64,000 nt of DNA from Tubulanus polymorphus (GCF_964204645.1 NC_134026.1:22974150-23038149); one strand, 5' to 3'; counted from the stretch's first letter, positions 1 through 13,114 are shown. The notes: generated from the sequence alone by a model not told the origin. Made by a program: numbers and translations.

Positions 1-9
1 TTCTTGCAG

Positions 10-3000
10 GCGATGAGTTGGATGACTTGGAGATGCAAGTTGTTCGTTATAAGCCAGAAGGACTTGAACAACTTTGCAGAAACACCAAATTCACAAAGAA
101 AGAACTTCAGATCATGTATAGAGGTTTTAAACAGGTGAGGCAGAACACAAGAGAAATCTGAAAACGTCACAAACAAGCAGATTTCCAAGATCCAAGCCGC
201 TTTATAGTTGAAGCGTTATCTCGAATAAAAGTGAAAAGTACTTCCTGTATTTCTATGCAAATTGAACGATAGTGGGAGGAAAAGATTAAGCTGATCTGGA
301 TTAAGATTTGAGCCCTCACATCTGCTATATGATATTTGAAGCCAATTACAGATCTATCGTATTTTTCAAATCAGTGCTAATGTGACTTCTTCTTTTCCCA
401 TTAGATGTTTTTGTTGCTTTTATTTTGTTCATCGATGTTCGAAAATAAAATCTTGTTTGATGAAATCCTGATTGGCGGCTGTGTCTCATAATAGCCAGGT
501 TCGTGATCATCATTGCCATGGTTACTTGGGGAACTTGTTCAAGGCTATATTGCGCCACAATCGCGGTCTCTGTTGTCATAGATTTTGTCGGATATCCTAC
601 GGCAAAGAAGCAATCATGCTTATATCTTACTGTAATATTTTCACTTCCCCGATTACTCCGATTCCTGGCTTGCATAATAAATTCCATGCAGTTGAATCCT
701 ATTGATATCCGCAGTTTCCATATTTTTAATTTCTCCTTAAGACGGTACCACTATTGAGATTTATTAAGATTATCCTTGTTTCTAGCGCAATTTATGAGAT
801 GAATGATGACATTTATTTTCAATGCGTTGTCATCACCTGAAATTCCAGAGATGGAAGGTAGGCTGTAACGTTCATTTCGTGAATGGGGTGATTGATCTTT
901 CATTTTTCTGAAAGTTTAGCTCGTGAGAAATTGGAGAGAAATGTTCCTAAAGGCCCAGATATCGAATCAGGATATAATAAAAAAACTGAAATATCACTGC
1001 TTATTATTCATATAAATTTCAATTTAAAAAAAAATGTCGTAGAAGATAAATCCAAATAGACTTATGAGCATTCTTTTGTTTTATGGTCTAATTTCCAAAA
1101 TCCATTTGGGATAAAGCTTACCGAATTCATTACTTGTCCATCAATAATCATATTTGAGGTGCAGTATGATAAAAAACGATGGTAAAATTAAATAGCATTA
1201 AGCATAGAATAAATTGGTTACCATGGAGACCAAGGATGCCATATGATACTGAACTGAAAGCAGGTGTGAAGATGATTGAAAACTAGAGGAAAATATTTTT
1301 TGAACACGTTGTAGTGAAGTATGACATTTGTCCGTTCTTTTTTCTCAAAAATACTAGATTATATATTGCAGATCCATCCAGAAGTTCCAATTTTTCTGTG
1401 AGATGAATATTCTATTAGATTTGGTATCTGTTCGATTTGTGCAACAAGTGAAGATGGAAAAATTGAACATTACATTTCTGTTCCTTTATTCTCATTTTAT
1501 CATCAATTATTCAATCTATTTACTGACAGCGAAGGATCATTCATTTTTAAGGTGAATTATAATTTCCTTTCGTCTGGAGAAATTTATCCCGATTTTTAAT
1601 TCAGTATTTTTTGGTGAGTTTCAACGTAACCCCATGTGCAAATTTGATGCAGAAGAAATTCTTGCATATATTCATAGAAATTTTGTTCCCTGAATTAGGC
1701 TTATAGCTCAGTCAGCTTGATATAAACGTCTATGCCACCATAGATTTGATATTCGAGAAATTGAAATTAATGGCTTGTCATGTTTGAGGTTTTATTGATT
1801 ATGCTTTCCTGTTCAATTAATTTCATTGAAACATCTCATCCCGCATAAATCTGACAGAAATGACAGTCACACTGGAAATTGTGTTGTATTTGTCTGTGCT
1901 ATTACCCACAAAATTTGAAGTAATTTTTTAGAAAACTTATGTGTTGAGCCTTCAACAGAAAATACTTTGAGGGAGGTATGCGTGTAGACTTACACATCCA
2001 TGGCACATCTTTCAATCAATGGCTTAGGAACGCTGAGGGATCGGCCAAAAAATTATTGAGTGCTTTTCACTCGATAACAGTGCCTATCTACGCCCGATTG
2101 AATTTCTCAAGAAGGAAGCTGTGAACTTAAGAAACACATTCATTTTTCATTCATTTCTAAACTCTACATTCGATACTATTATTAGAAAGATCCTGTTTGA
2201 AATTCTGTTTGAAAAGGAATTTTAACCAACAAATCTTACCTTTTTGTATAAAAAGCCCACATTTTTTCATCTTTGATGATGTATTGTACAGGCAGCTTGT
2301 TAATGATGTGTTCTTGATGTACTATTCTCAGGAATGTCCGACCGGGATAGTGAATGAAGAATCCTTCAAGGAAATATACTCCCAGTTCTTCCCTCAGGGA
2401 GGTAAGATTTAGAAACAATCATATGATGCATAATGACCTAATCATGTTAGCTCTTAATTGTTCATACTGTACATATTGCATATGTTTTTGCAAATGTCCC
2501 CATATGAATTGCATCACATTCTTATGGATAAATGTAGTTGAAAAAGATTCATATTTCATGTTTTTATAGATGCATCTGCCTATGCTCATTATGTCTTCAA
2601 TACATTTGATCAAGATCACAATGGCTCTATAACATTTGAAGTAAGTACCATACACAACTGCAGAAATACTGTTAAGTGAATGAGTGTGCTGTGTCGAATA
2701 AGTGATATGAGATAAATCTTAGCTCATTGCCTGTTCTCATGTATCTGGCTAATTTTTTATCATGACAAGCAGCATATTATTCTCTTTGATAGAAATTATG
2801 AATAGGAATCGTAAAAATGTCTGGTCTCCCTATTTACGACTATTTTCTGTTTGCGTTGCTATGGAGGACATGTTGTTGATGTGGCAAAATGAATCTTGTT
2901 CCGAAGTCGTAAATCGCGCATTAACAGCAGAAGTGCATTATTAATATCTGATCAAATCAATATTCGATACGTGAATTTTGTTTTTTCAGATTTATTTTAG

Positions 3001-6000
3001 TAGTTGCAACTCTGGAAATTACACATTTCTCAAATAACTATGCATTCAGCAATAAGTATAGTATTTTGATAGATTGGAACAACAAAACTAATTGGCTCTA
3101 GTTCCTTGGTTTCGTGTAAACATTCATTGAGGGATAGCTTGATAAGTTACGAAGCGTTAGATATTTGACTGTGTTAGATGACAATCAAATCTTTTTGCTT
3201 TGCTATTTCAGGAATTTGTGCAGGGTCTCTCAGTATTATCGCGTGGTTCATTACAAGAAAAATTGTTGTGGGCTTTCAACTTGTACGACATAAACGGGGA
3301 TGGTATCATAACGAAAGACGAAATGTTGGACATCGTTTCAGCTATTTACGACATGATGGGCAGATTCGCTGAGCCGTGTGTAGATGAGAACACAGCTAGA
3401 GAACATGTTGAACGTGTCTTTCAGGTATTTCTAAACTCAAGGATGACCCCCCCACCTTTCACTAAAATTCACGCAGATGGGGCGAGGTTTTACAAAATAT
3501 CATGAAAAGATATATCTTGTCATCAAAGCTCTGCTCTAAAGCTGTAAAAGATTTGTGAATGAATATGTATTTGTTTAATTCTACAGAAAATGGATTTGAA
3601 TCAAGATGGAGTGATAAGTATGGATGAATTCATGGATAGCTGCCGGCGGGTATGTATTTTCTCCAATGAATGAGTTTGTGTTTTTGTATCAGTGAATAAC
3701 AAGCACACACAAACATGCATTAAACCCAATACACATGATACACACATTTACGCTTTGAAATAGTCACAAAATTTGAGCACTCATTCCACTTATAGGTCTG
3801 CACATATACTACTATAGAAGTTCGATACCTGGAGGCAACCATAGAAATAATGCATTTCCATGATGATTGATCAAGATATCAAATGGCGAAAAAGCTTAGA
3901 TTAATCTATACAAACTGCTGTTCATTGATCAATTTTTGCAGTAACAGTATAAGAATAATTGATTATTTACCTTGAGTATTCAATTCAATTCTGACTACAA
4001 GTTTTGTAAATATATGTGAAAAGGATGAAACCAATTTATAAACCAACTAAGAAACTTTTTTCGGGAGAAAATACCTAAAATGGTTCACTGTACAGAAGAA
4101 CTGCATCATTATATGCTGGTTGCCTCTGGTTACATTGAGGCAGTGCTTTTCTGGTGTCTAATAATGCATCATAATGCTTGCAAGAACTTTTATCACCATT
4201 TTGGGTGTGGTAAAAATACGTATTGTCATTCGTAATATGTTTGCAGTCTAATCTTAAAGATTTCTTTTGAAAATTCACTCATTACTGACTAGCTGCTAGT
4301 AACTTGTAGTTACTTTTTTGGGAATCATTCGGTACATACATGTGTCAGCCAGAGGTAACAAGCAAAGCAAAGATTTTGAATTAAGAATATTACTACTTAT
4401 GAATTTAAAATGAGTAGCATGTTTCTATCAGTGATCACCTAGTATGCTTTTACACTTTTGCAATCTTTCATTTTGAATATTTTGAGAAGAAATTTTACTG
4501 CTTCAAACATACCACCGACCTAAATCTTCACTCGTGTTCATTTCAACTTTTTACCTTTTTGCCTTAAAGATAATATCTTTGAATCATCATAAGTTCTTAC
4601 GGTGACAAAATACTAGACCCAAAATGTGGAACAACTTTTGATTTGGTGCAGTTTTTGAATTAATTAATCAAGCCAAAATTATATACATTCTTTTTCTAAT
4701 TTTTGGTTACTTGTTCAGAAAGCATTGTCTCATATACTTTTTCATTTCCCGCCCTCCCTTCCATTGCAGGGCGAGGTAAGTAACTATGGTCATCACAAAC
4801 TGGTTTACTGGAATCGTGGGCTACATGAAAAAGGTTTGGGCCATCCATTATTCATGTACAGCAAAAAAAGTTCAAACACAAAGAGTTGCAAATCAGCCAA
4901 CTGCTGGTCGACTTGCCACTTTGAAGTACATGGGCATTGAATGACCATTAGGTTGAATGATGTTTCTATTTGCAATTTGTTACTGACGATAAGGGTTTGC
5001 ATGATGATAGATTTTGATTTTAACAGTTTACGCAGGTAAATTGATATTTTTTCTTAATCAAAAGCATTTTTCAACTTACACTAAATTATTTGACCAGATG
5101 ATAAATGATTATTTCTAGTGAGAGTCTTTATATTCTTTTCAATTGAACTATAAAATCAAGTTTTTTGGTTGTATGTGCCGTTTTTTTAATTCGTTGTTAG
5201 ATTGATTATCATTATCAAAGAGGCAACTTAGTTTCTGCCCTCAATTTCAAATACTCATACACTAATTGCATTGAGCTTTTTCTCAGTCTACTTATTACTG
5301 ATTACTTTCCTAGGCTATGTCGTCCCTTTGATGATAGTGGCAGTACTTTTCGTGCATGAATATACTTTTAATTTCATGTTTTTGTGATTCTTTTATTATA
5401 GAATAAAGATATGATTGCATCATTTGATATGCTCGATACTGTTCTAACCGTGCCACCATCACGATCATAGCATCAATGAGTATGCGTTCGGTCATCCTAT
5501 CCGATGTTCTGTCATAATCCTGTAATTGTTGTATTACTTAATACACTATGGTCATTACTTTTACCCGGTACCATTTGTTTAGTTAAAGAAAATATTTCTG
5601 ATTACCATGCTTACCTTTAGTATTATTTATGCCACTATTTTCTATTGAATTTTGCCCCAAAATATGATAGTTATCTTCATCTATTCATTACGCCTTCTTA
5701 ACCTTAGTTGCACGATTGATGGGCTTTGTACATATTACTTTGCTACTGATATATTATTATTTCTCAAATCTGTCGATGATGTTGATATTTTTTGAGAATT
5801 TGATAAAGATGCCAGCCAATACCTACTCTTTTGTCCAAGTGTGAAAATGAAATATCTGTTTTCATTTCACTCTCCACTGTGCCCGACAATAGTTATTAAG
5901 GCAGCTCCGGATATTTCTTGAATTTCCTCATTTAATCATAATTTTCCAAAAATTACTCAGTGATGGAAATCAGGGACAGTGCTAATGCAGTAGTAGATAA

Positions 6001-6504
6001 ATGTCATATATTTTTATAAATGTCATATCAACAACTTGAGGCTATTAAAATATTGAATGAATGATTTTCAATATTGCCTAACGGTGAATGTTGTATAAAA
6101 CAGATGTTGTCCAAACATATCACATGCTGTATCTATTCTATATACAATCATTTGGGTTTGTGTCCAAAAATACTATGTGTTCAATCTGTTACGGTAATAT
6201 TTGTTGTGAACCACTCAATCATATTAATTATTTGATTATTCAATCGTAATCACGTGATTTTCAATATCCATAATCTTGTATCATCATCTTCATTTCGTAA
6301 TTTTGGAGCTGTGATACAAGTTTGCACAGCAAATAAAAGGATGATTTTCGTTTTTGGAAAATTTAAACTATGTGGAAATAGCATAAAATCACAGCAGTTT
6401 ACCTTATTCTCGTATTCTATCTAGTATGGCCTAAAGCTTTTTGCCTTTCATTTCAGGATACGGCAGTTGGATTGTCAATGTCGATGTTTGATACCGTACT
6501 TTGA
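10..6504 (+). CDS. KCNIP: Kv channel-interacting protein (KChIP/KCNIP, neuronal calcium sensor family), 5'-partial
   Basis: GT-AG exons 10-134 ([41 protein letters not shown]), 2332-2401 ([23 protein letters not shown]), 2570-2640 ([24 protein letters not shown]), 3212-3424 (…[18 protein letters not shown]…), 3587-3649 ([21 protein letters not shown]) and 6457-6504 ([15 protein letters not shown]). They splice in frame and show the KChIP signature motifs and EF-hands. The first exon(s) lie upstream of the window. Confidence 0.95.
4770..4775 (+). CDS. Candidate 6-nt micro-exon (Gly-Glu) in the last KChIP intron
   Basis: Long pyrimidine tract ending ccattgcag|GGCGAG|gtaagt, with a perfect donor. 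Phase 0/0, so it preserves frame between exons 3587-3649 and 6457-6504. Confidence 0.6.
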
Positions 6505-8894
6505 CAAGATTGCAATACAAGCAGCCGATTGTATCCTCCTGTGGCTGGACTTTTTTATTGTGATATATTTTGAAGGGTGTCTCTTATCAGCCGTATCTCT
6601 CGATCCCTTATTAACCCCATGTCTATGTCTGTATGTATGAAATATACAACAAAAAACAAATCATGTAAATGGCTGCTATGACTACTACTTTGTTTCAAAC
6701 TGTTTAAAGACATGGCTGATTAAGCAGGCAGATGGAGAAAATCTCACTCCTTGGACACGTTCTCGGACCAAGTTCTCGGGGAACAGTGGATAGAGGGTTT
6801 ATGGATTGTTATTACTGAATGGCAGCTCTATGAAATGTTTGAAGATGATGCTGACATTACGAATTCGATTCAAAACCTCAGTTCAACATAAGACACGTAG
6901 TAGTGTATTACAAATATGGAAAGGCTTTTTAGTGGCGATGGCAATTGCATGTAAAAATAAGAGATTTAAAGGTGTACCTTTCAAGAATAGCGATTGATAT
7001 AGGATAAGGCACAGCCGCCATGAAAATCGAAAAAACGAAATATCACAAGATCATATAGACATGTTGTAGAACATCAATATACTGCATTTCATGTGTATAC
7101 TGCATTTCATGTGTATGCAAGCTAAGTATTTAATACTTGGATTCACTTCGATTTTATCGAACACCTACCTACATTATTCAAGCTACTTGTCTATCTTGAC
7201 TTAGAAGATTCACGATGAATGATGAAAATGAATTTAGAGCTATACCTCAAACAATATGGAATGCATGCTTGATTCAAACCACCTGGCTTTGGCGCACCAG
7301 GGTTGGTTTTGACTAACTCTTTGTAATCTTGATCATCTATAATCTACTAACTTTCTATAACCTCTGATCATTCCATTAATGTTTGAAAGAAAATTGTATA
7401 GACTTTTATACGCTTTCTAAAATTTGTTTTTTCTCCTTGATAATCCTAATATGTAGGGAGCTTTCAGGTTGTGGATTTGTGAAAAAGATGAAATTTTCAG
7501 TCTGATCAGGGAAATCTCCCAGGTTTGTTTAAGCAATGATGCTCCTTTATCAGACCTTTAGCCAGGGGGGTTATACTATTAGTTGATGCTGCAACTAAAA
7601 AATCAGAGGTAAAGAATTTACATTAAGCAAAAAGGAATTATCAATACTGTTCTCAATCACTATATGCTTGGATCTCAAAAATATTTTGCACAACATATTA
7701 CTTGATATACATCTAAAAATGAGTTTTAATTTTCTGCAGCTATTAACCAATAGAACTTTTTTCATCATGCTTTACTCGCTGTAGATAAGGTACCCATATT
7801 TGTGATCGAATTTTGCAACTATTTGTTAAAAAACATTTAAAAATCAAGTGATTAATATCTTACCTGTGGTGTGGCTAGCGTTGCCAAATGTTGTCATTAC
7901 GACAAGTTTTTTTTTAATAGTAAATGAGAAAAGTAATTGATATTCATGGTAGTGACATTTTAGTGCTGTATTTGAACCAAATTATTGTATCAAGTATAGT
8001 ACAGGTATTTTTTGAGCAGTCATTGTTTTGGACTATTAAGACAAAAGAAAACATTACCAACCCCGTGAAAAAATGACATTCTTTCATATATACCTGTATT
8101 CAAACTTCTAATCAGTTTTTAAATTGAATATATATTATGATAAGAAAATATGTTATATTTTGAAATTGAGAGTTTGATCTGTGTGACAAATTGTAATGTT
8201 TTTCCAAATACGTTAAGAATGATAAAAGGCACTATTATTATGTTTCAATCAATTAATAACAGTACTAATATTATTATTATTGTTTAATTACTAATTGTGC
8301 TAGATTATTTGTATATTTATTTTGAATATATATAGATCAATATCATATCTTGATATCTTGTTGTAAATGAAAATTGTAAAATCTTGTTAATTTGTAAATT
8401 ATTGGGCTCACGTAGTCACAGATTTTTATCATCGAAGAACATGAAAACATTTGTTGGTTTATGAAATGAAAGTCAAATAAACTGCATGTTTCCATATTTT
8501 GTAATTGCGCTTTTGCTTTTATTTGCTTTTATTTCCAACACAAATATGGACTTGGTGATTGTTTTAAGACTTGGCCGTTTCTCCGAATTTGAAGCAGACT
8601 GCTCCAAGTAAACAACAGATACGTGCAGATCCATGATTAAGGAAGCGTTCTCCCCAGTAAATTGAATATTCTTTCTGTAACGACCACCCATAAAAATAAA
8701 CGCTGTTGCTAGGCACATTGATAGCGGATCTTTTATGAACCGACTTGTGGCAATCAACATGGGTCAACTTGTCTTGGAAGCAACAACATCCATCTCTGGA
8801 TCAACATGCTGCCTCACCAAGGTATGAGGTAATGAAAAATATTTGGAACATTTGTGTGAAACTATCTACACAAATTGTTCAACAAAATGGGATA

Positions 8895-9049
8895 CAGTAA
8901 AACTCAAATCTAGGGACTGCCCAGATTTCTCTGAATTAAGTAAAATCCGAATATTTAATAGTTATGGGTTTTGGTAAAATGGACCAATTGTTACATTCAA
9001 ATTAAGTGAAAATCCTAATTGAAAAATGTGAATTAAATGAGTTCCATTG
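8895..9049. mobile_element. Degenerate Tc1/mariner-pogo-type MITE
   Basis: TA|CAGTAAAACTC … GAGTTCCATTG|TA: imperfect terminal inverted repeats flanked by TA, with internal aattaagt(g/a)aaa sub-repeats. Confidence 0.55.
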
Positions 9050-9737
9050 TATATCCCAATTGCTTGTCATAATTTAGTTGATATATTAATTGTGATATGG
9101 ATAACAGCTTTTACTGGTGTCGATTATCCGTGTCGACATTACCATACAGTCACCATACTTATTATGACCCTACCTTTAATGTCGTGATATGGAAGTTGAT
9201 ATAATGAAACATTGCTAAGTTGACTCTCATCATGGTGAGATAAGTGATATCGCTGCATTTCCTCGTAATATACTACATGGCACAAACCATAGACGTTAGG
9301 TTTGGAAGGTTACCAGCAATCCTAGAAATCTAGCCAATGACTGTTATATGAATATTCTAATCAAGATTGCTGATGCATGCACGGGGGACTAGTTTTCCAG
9401 CAGAGCACTCCTAACTTCCATGTCAAAGAACTAATATAAAAATAAAAACAGTTTATCTTATAATTGACCAACCTTTAAAAAGGTAAGTTATATTTATTAT
9501 ACACGTACAAATTCAGGGAAATGTATACAAGTGTAATATATGATTTCTAAAATATTTGCTGCCATATCCATAGTACATTTTCCATGTCGACTATGCACTT
9601 ATTTCTGGTTGAACAGCTTTAGGTCTTATTCAGTTTCACTGCATTGATGCCCCACAACCAGGATTGTAGTTACATGGACAATGGAGAAAAAGTTTTTTAA
9701 AAACAAAATATAAAATCTAATGAGCAACTGCCTGCTA

Positions 9738-11351
9738 TCAAGAATTCACAGCAGGCAAATGTAGATAAACCTTTGGATGAACTTTGTAAAACAGCATCAT
9801 TGGCGAAGGCTAAAAATAGAAGATAATTCTCTGATACTCACTACTTTCGTAAAGTTACTATGACATTCAAAAGCTGCAGAAATTATTCTTTATATACATT
9901 CTTATCCTATATTACTTACTCGATCAGACCAGAACATAAGCCAGATCTGTTTCACACTGTAATCACAGTCTAATACTTGTTCATCACATACTACATCAAT
10001 CTAAAACACAAGACCACGTTTTCTATCTTGGCAAAGATACAACTATCCTTGGGAAGAAATCTCTTCTATATCCAATCCTTACCTCTAGCGGCTGTGGAAT
10101 ATCGAGCATCTTTCGTAGCAGTTTTTTTAAGTGAGCTACGCATGTCCTTGTCGGGCAGCGAATAAACTTTTGATCCAAAACAGGAAGGTTGTAAGTGCTG
10201 CTCTCATATACAACCGATGTAGCGCTGCAAAATTTCAATTATCAAATTATCACAATCAAAATTGGTGCAAGCCTCTTCATATTTCAGCAGAACATGTTCA
10301 GAAACTGTTATTTCAACATTATGATTTATACCAACTACATGTACATGTTTTTTTCTTACCTAAAGCGATCTAAGCACATTGTGATGAGTTCATCATGAAT
10401 GTAGTGATGCGCATCTCGAGCATCATAAACTGTACACAGGGGTTGCACCATATTTTCTGTTTCTCCTGATATAACAATTCAAACAATTTTAAGATACCTA
10501 TTCGAGTTGAAGTTAATACACTAAACAAATCTCAGTCATTTTGAGAAAATACCTTTTGAAATCTTTGACTTGAAAAATTCTTGTTTCCTACATTGTTCGT
10601 CTTTTTTAGAAGAGAAAGAAATGACTTTTATGTAATTTTTCTCAAATAAACTTTAGGCCTATTACGAATGGAGCTGGAAACCTTAGAAACTTACTTTCAT
10701 ACAGACCAGGAACTAATTTGTATACGATATCCTGAAGATTGCGGTCACTTCTGAGGTGAAGAAATGGCTGAGTTTCGTGTATCTTCAAATTACACTGAGG
10801 ACAGTATTTACTTGTTTGCAAATATTTTACTATACAACTCTTACAAACTATAAAAGTAGGGTAATATACAAAGTGAGTTAATTTGGAGACCACACACGCA
10901 ATGAAATATTGTAAATTAATCGAATTCCTTAGAACAGATTACTAACATGTATGTAAACATTCAGCGATAGTGGTGGCATCAATAAAATACCCAGCACATA
11001 ACGAGCACACAATATGTGGGTTTATATCACGAATTCGTATTTTGAGAGTTTTACCCTGAAATGAGAATAGATAAAAAATGCACTGATATCAATGGCCAAG
11101 AAGCATGTAAGTAAAACTGTGATTGCAATGATGAATGGTCTTTTAAGTTCTCGAATGCCCCCACATCGTCCTTAAGTTGAAGTTTTGCCTTTTAAGCTTT
11201 TTTTGGATTAACCAAATAAGTTATAGTGGCACGAATTGGAATGCTCAAACTAACGGCCTCTTATTGAAAGAATGTATGAACAGCAAATTCAATTCAAATT
11301 TGACTTTAAAAAGCAATACTTTCTTCGCTTTTTTTTTACCTCATCCATCAT
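9738..11351 (-). CDS. PCGF1: Polycomb group RING finger protein, PCGF1-like (RING + RAWUL)
   Basis: Exons 11351-11340 (MMDE), 11055-10947 ([36 protein letters not shown]), 10847-10695 ([19 protein letters not shown]…[14 protein letters not shown]), 10600-10553, 10465-10360 ([17 protein letters not shown]), 10224-10083 ([18 protein letters not shown]), 10000-9920 ([13 protein letters not shown]) and 9809-9738 ([10 protein letters not shown]…*). The RING is C3HC4, and the [10 protein letters not shown] and KQIWL…PSP motifs match PCGF1 as I recall it. Confidence 0.92.
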
Positions 11352-11507
11352 TTTAAGACATTTTCAATTTTCCATCGGAATATTTTCAGTACGAAAATAT
11401 AACGTGATGAAAAACTGATTACGTTTTTAATTCGAATGCGAAGATTGCTCGAAAAATAACGACGAATTTGAACGTCTAAATTCATAAAACAGAAAAATTA
11501 ATATAAC

Positions 11508-11515
11508 CCGGAAGT
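11508..11515. promoter_or_regulatory. ETS-family site (CCGGAAGT) upstream of PCGF1
   Basis: Consensus ETS motif about 160 nt upstream of the PCGF1 ATG in a locally CpG-richer segment. Function is inferred. Confidence 0.35.
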
Positions 11516-12130
11516 AAAATCGATTAAAGCGCCGTCTAGGCTGGTCGTGCTATTTAACGCAATTCGAGAATATATATTCCGTTCTTTTGAATAAGAACTT
11601 TAAAGCGATTTTTCCTACGCATAAATTAGAAATTTTGTTAAGATCAACAAACATATGAATGATTCAAGAATCTATTCATCCTGTCAATTATGATAAGAGT
11701 ACACATTTTCACATGACGGTTATATTTGATAATTAGTACATCAATCGGTAACGTGTAACGTGGAGCCAATTTATTTTATTGATATTAGACAAGCGTGTGC
11801 CCCGGCATAAGGTTTTGTATACAAACAAATAAGCTCTCTTTGTAATTGTAAATGTGAACATTTTGTAGAAATTATTTGTCAACGGCTCTTATTGAATTCA
11901 TTCAACCCAGATTGCCGTTTCTAATTCTAAGATAGGCCTATCACTTGACTGAGTTCGACTAAAATCAATTCAATCAAAAATGTCTACCACTCACTGGCAC
12001 TGCACAGTCTACACTATATACAGTACACGTCCACATATAGTCCGAATACCAGTCGTTACGGGTTCCCTTAAAACGGGGAACAACGGCTAGGTACTAGACT
12101 TTTAGTCCAAACACTGTCTGTGTGTGTCTT

Positions 12131-12745
12131 ACAGGGGCCTGATACACAAAACGTTTTTGACCCCAGTATCCCAGTCCTAAAAGTACTATATGATTTATAT
12201 TTGGAAGTAGTTATTTTACCGGATCCGGTCACCGACTTCTGAACGATATTTTTCTGGATATCGCCTCTAATTGGCTAATTTAATCCGCGCATGCGCGAAG
12301 AGGTGACTTAGAAAATTCGAAGGAAGTGTGGAGAACAGAGTTTGAGAAAATAGAGCGGGACTCGAACCAAGTGCCAGTAAATTATAAGCGCAGCATGCCC
12401 CCAATAGACCACTGAGCTCGCTGAAAACCAACCAAATGTTTTAGCTTGATAAAGTACCTAACCTTACCCTAATCCTCTCCCTAGCTGTAAAACGGACCCT
12501 AACTCTAATCCTAACCCTCTGGACCCTCCTCTCTCTCTTGACACTAACCCTATCGAAACCCTAAACCCAATATAATGATTTTATTGTTTCTTTTATTAGT
12601 TTGTATTATAATATATGGATCGAGCTAGATATCTTTTATAAGTCGGCAACCGGATCCGGCTAAATAACTACTTCCTTTGTATTTATAAAGCTTTTTTTAG
12701 CTAGGAGGATACTAGGGTCAAAAATATTTTGTGTTAGGCCCCTGT
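12131..12745. mobile_element. Nested inverted-repeat (MITE/foldback-like) element with telomere-like internal repeats
   Basis: Outer IR ACAGGGGCCT…TTTTTGACCC-AGTATCC (from 12131) matches the reverse complement of the segment ending at 12745. Inner IR GGAAGTAGTTATTT…CCGGATCCGGT…CCGACTT (12203-12238 vs 12640-12675) is flanked by TTT on both sides. Degenerate CCCTAA repeats at about 12456-12570. Confidence 0.75.
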
Positions 12746-12779
12746 GGTTTAACTCTTATCAGGGTTTGCTTCATCAGTC

Positions 12780-12992
12780 AAAATTGGTCATGTACTCAAA
12801 ATTTATTGATTGATTTTTCATAAATTATCAAAATCCCATCATAATTTAAGTCACTTGTTCACTAATTAAATGTGACCTACTCACCTGCGCTTACTTCAGT
12901 GACTTAAGTAGAAACAGTTGGGTTTATCACAATTCTTCCTTTTTGAATTTTCAATTCATAGTCGGGGAATTCATTAATCGAAATACCAGGCA
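12780..12992 (+). promoter_or_regulatory. Possible HMGCS core promoter and non-coding first exon
   Basis: Inverted CCAAT (attgg, about 12783), SRE/E-box-like half sites (gtcacttg, gtgacctac, ctcacctg; about 12850-12888), initiator-like TCAGT (about 12896), donor ca|gtatgt at 12993, and acceptor tgtag| at 13105 just before the ATG. Motif-level evidence only. Confidence 0.3.
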
Positions 12993-13114
12993 GTATGTCT
13001 GGGGTTCACTGTATTTGCAAATTCAGTGAATATTTTTGATTGTATTGTATCCTTAAACCATCAATTCATTCAGATCCTTTTAATCGTGTAGTGTTTCCTT
13101 TGTAGTTCGAAACA

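Noticed and set aside
346-757. Overlapping ORFs in the first KChIP intron, and similar short ORFs in 45000-53800 and 57100-61300
   Set aside because: No recognisable domains or consistent splice-phase chain, and lengths are compatible with chance.
7079-7114. 2 x 18-bp direct repeat (similar short ones near 42403-42438 and 50009-50037)
   Set aside because: Ordinary slippage duplications. There is no spacer structure, so they are not CRISPR-like, and the sequence is eukaryotic.
9841-9873. Alternative PCGF1 last exon ([10 protein letters not shown])
   Set aside because: The intron from 9919 would be only about 46 nt, and exon 9809-9738 supplies the conserved PSPxxLxY motif.
12456-12570. Interstitial telomere
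   Set aside because: The CCCTAA units are degenerate, interrupted and enclosed in inverted repeats, so they are better explained as part of the element.
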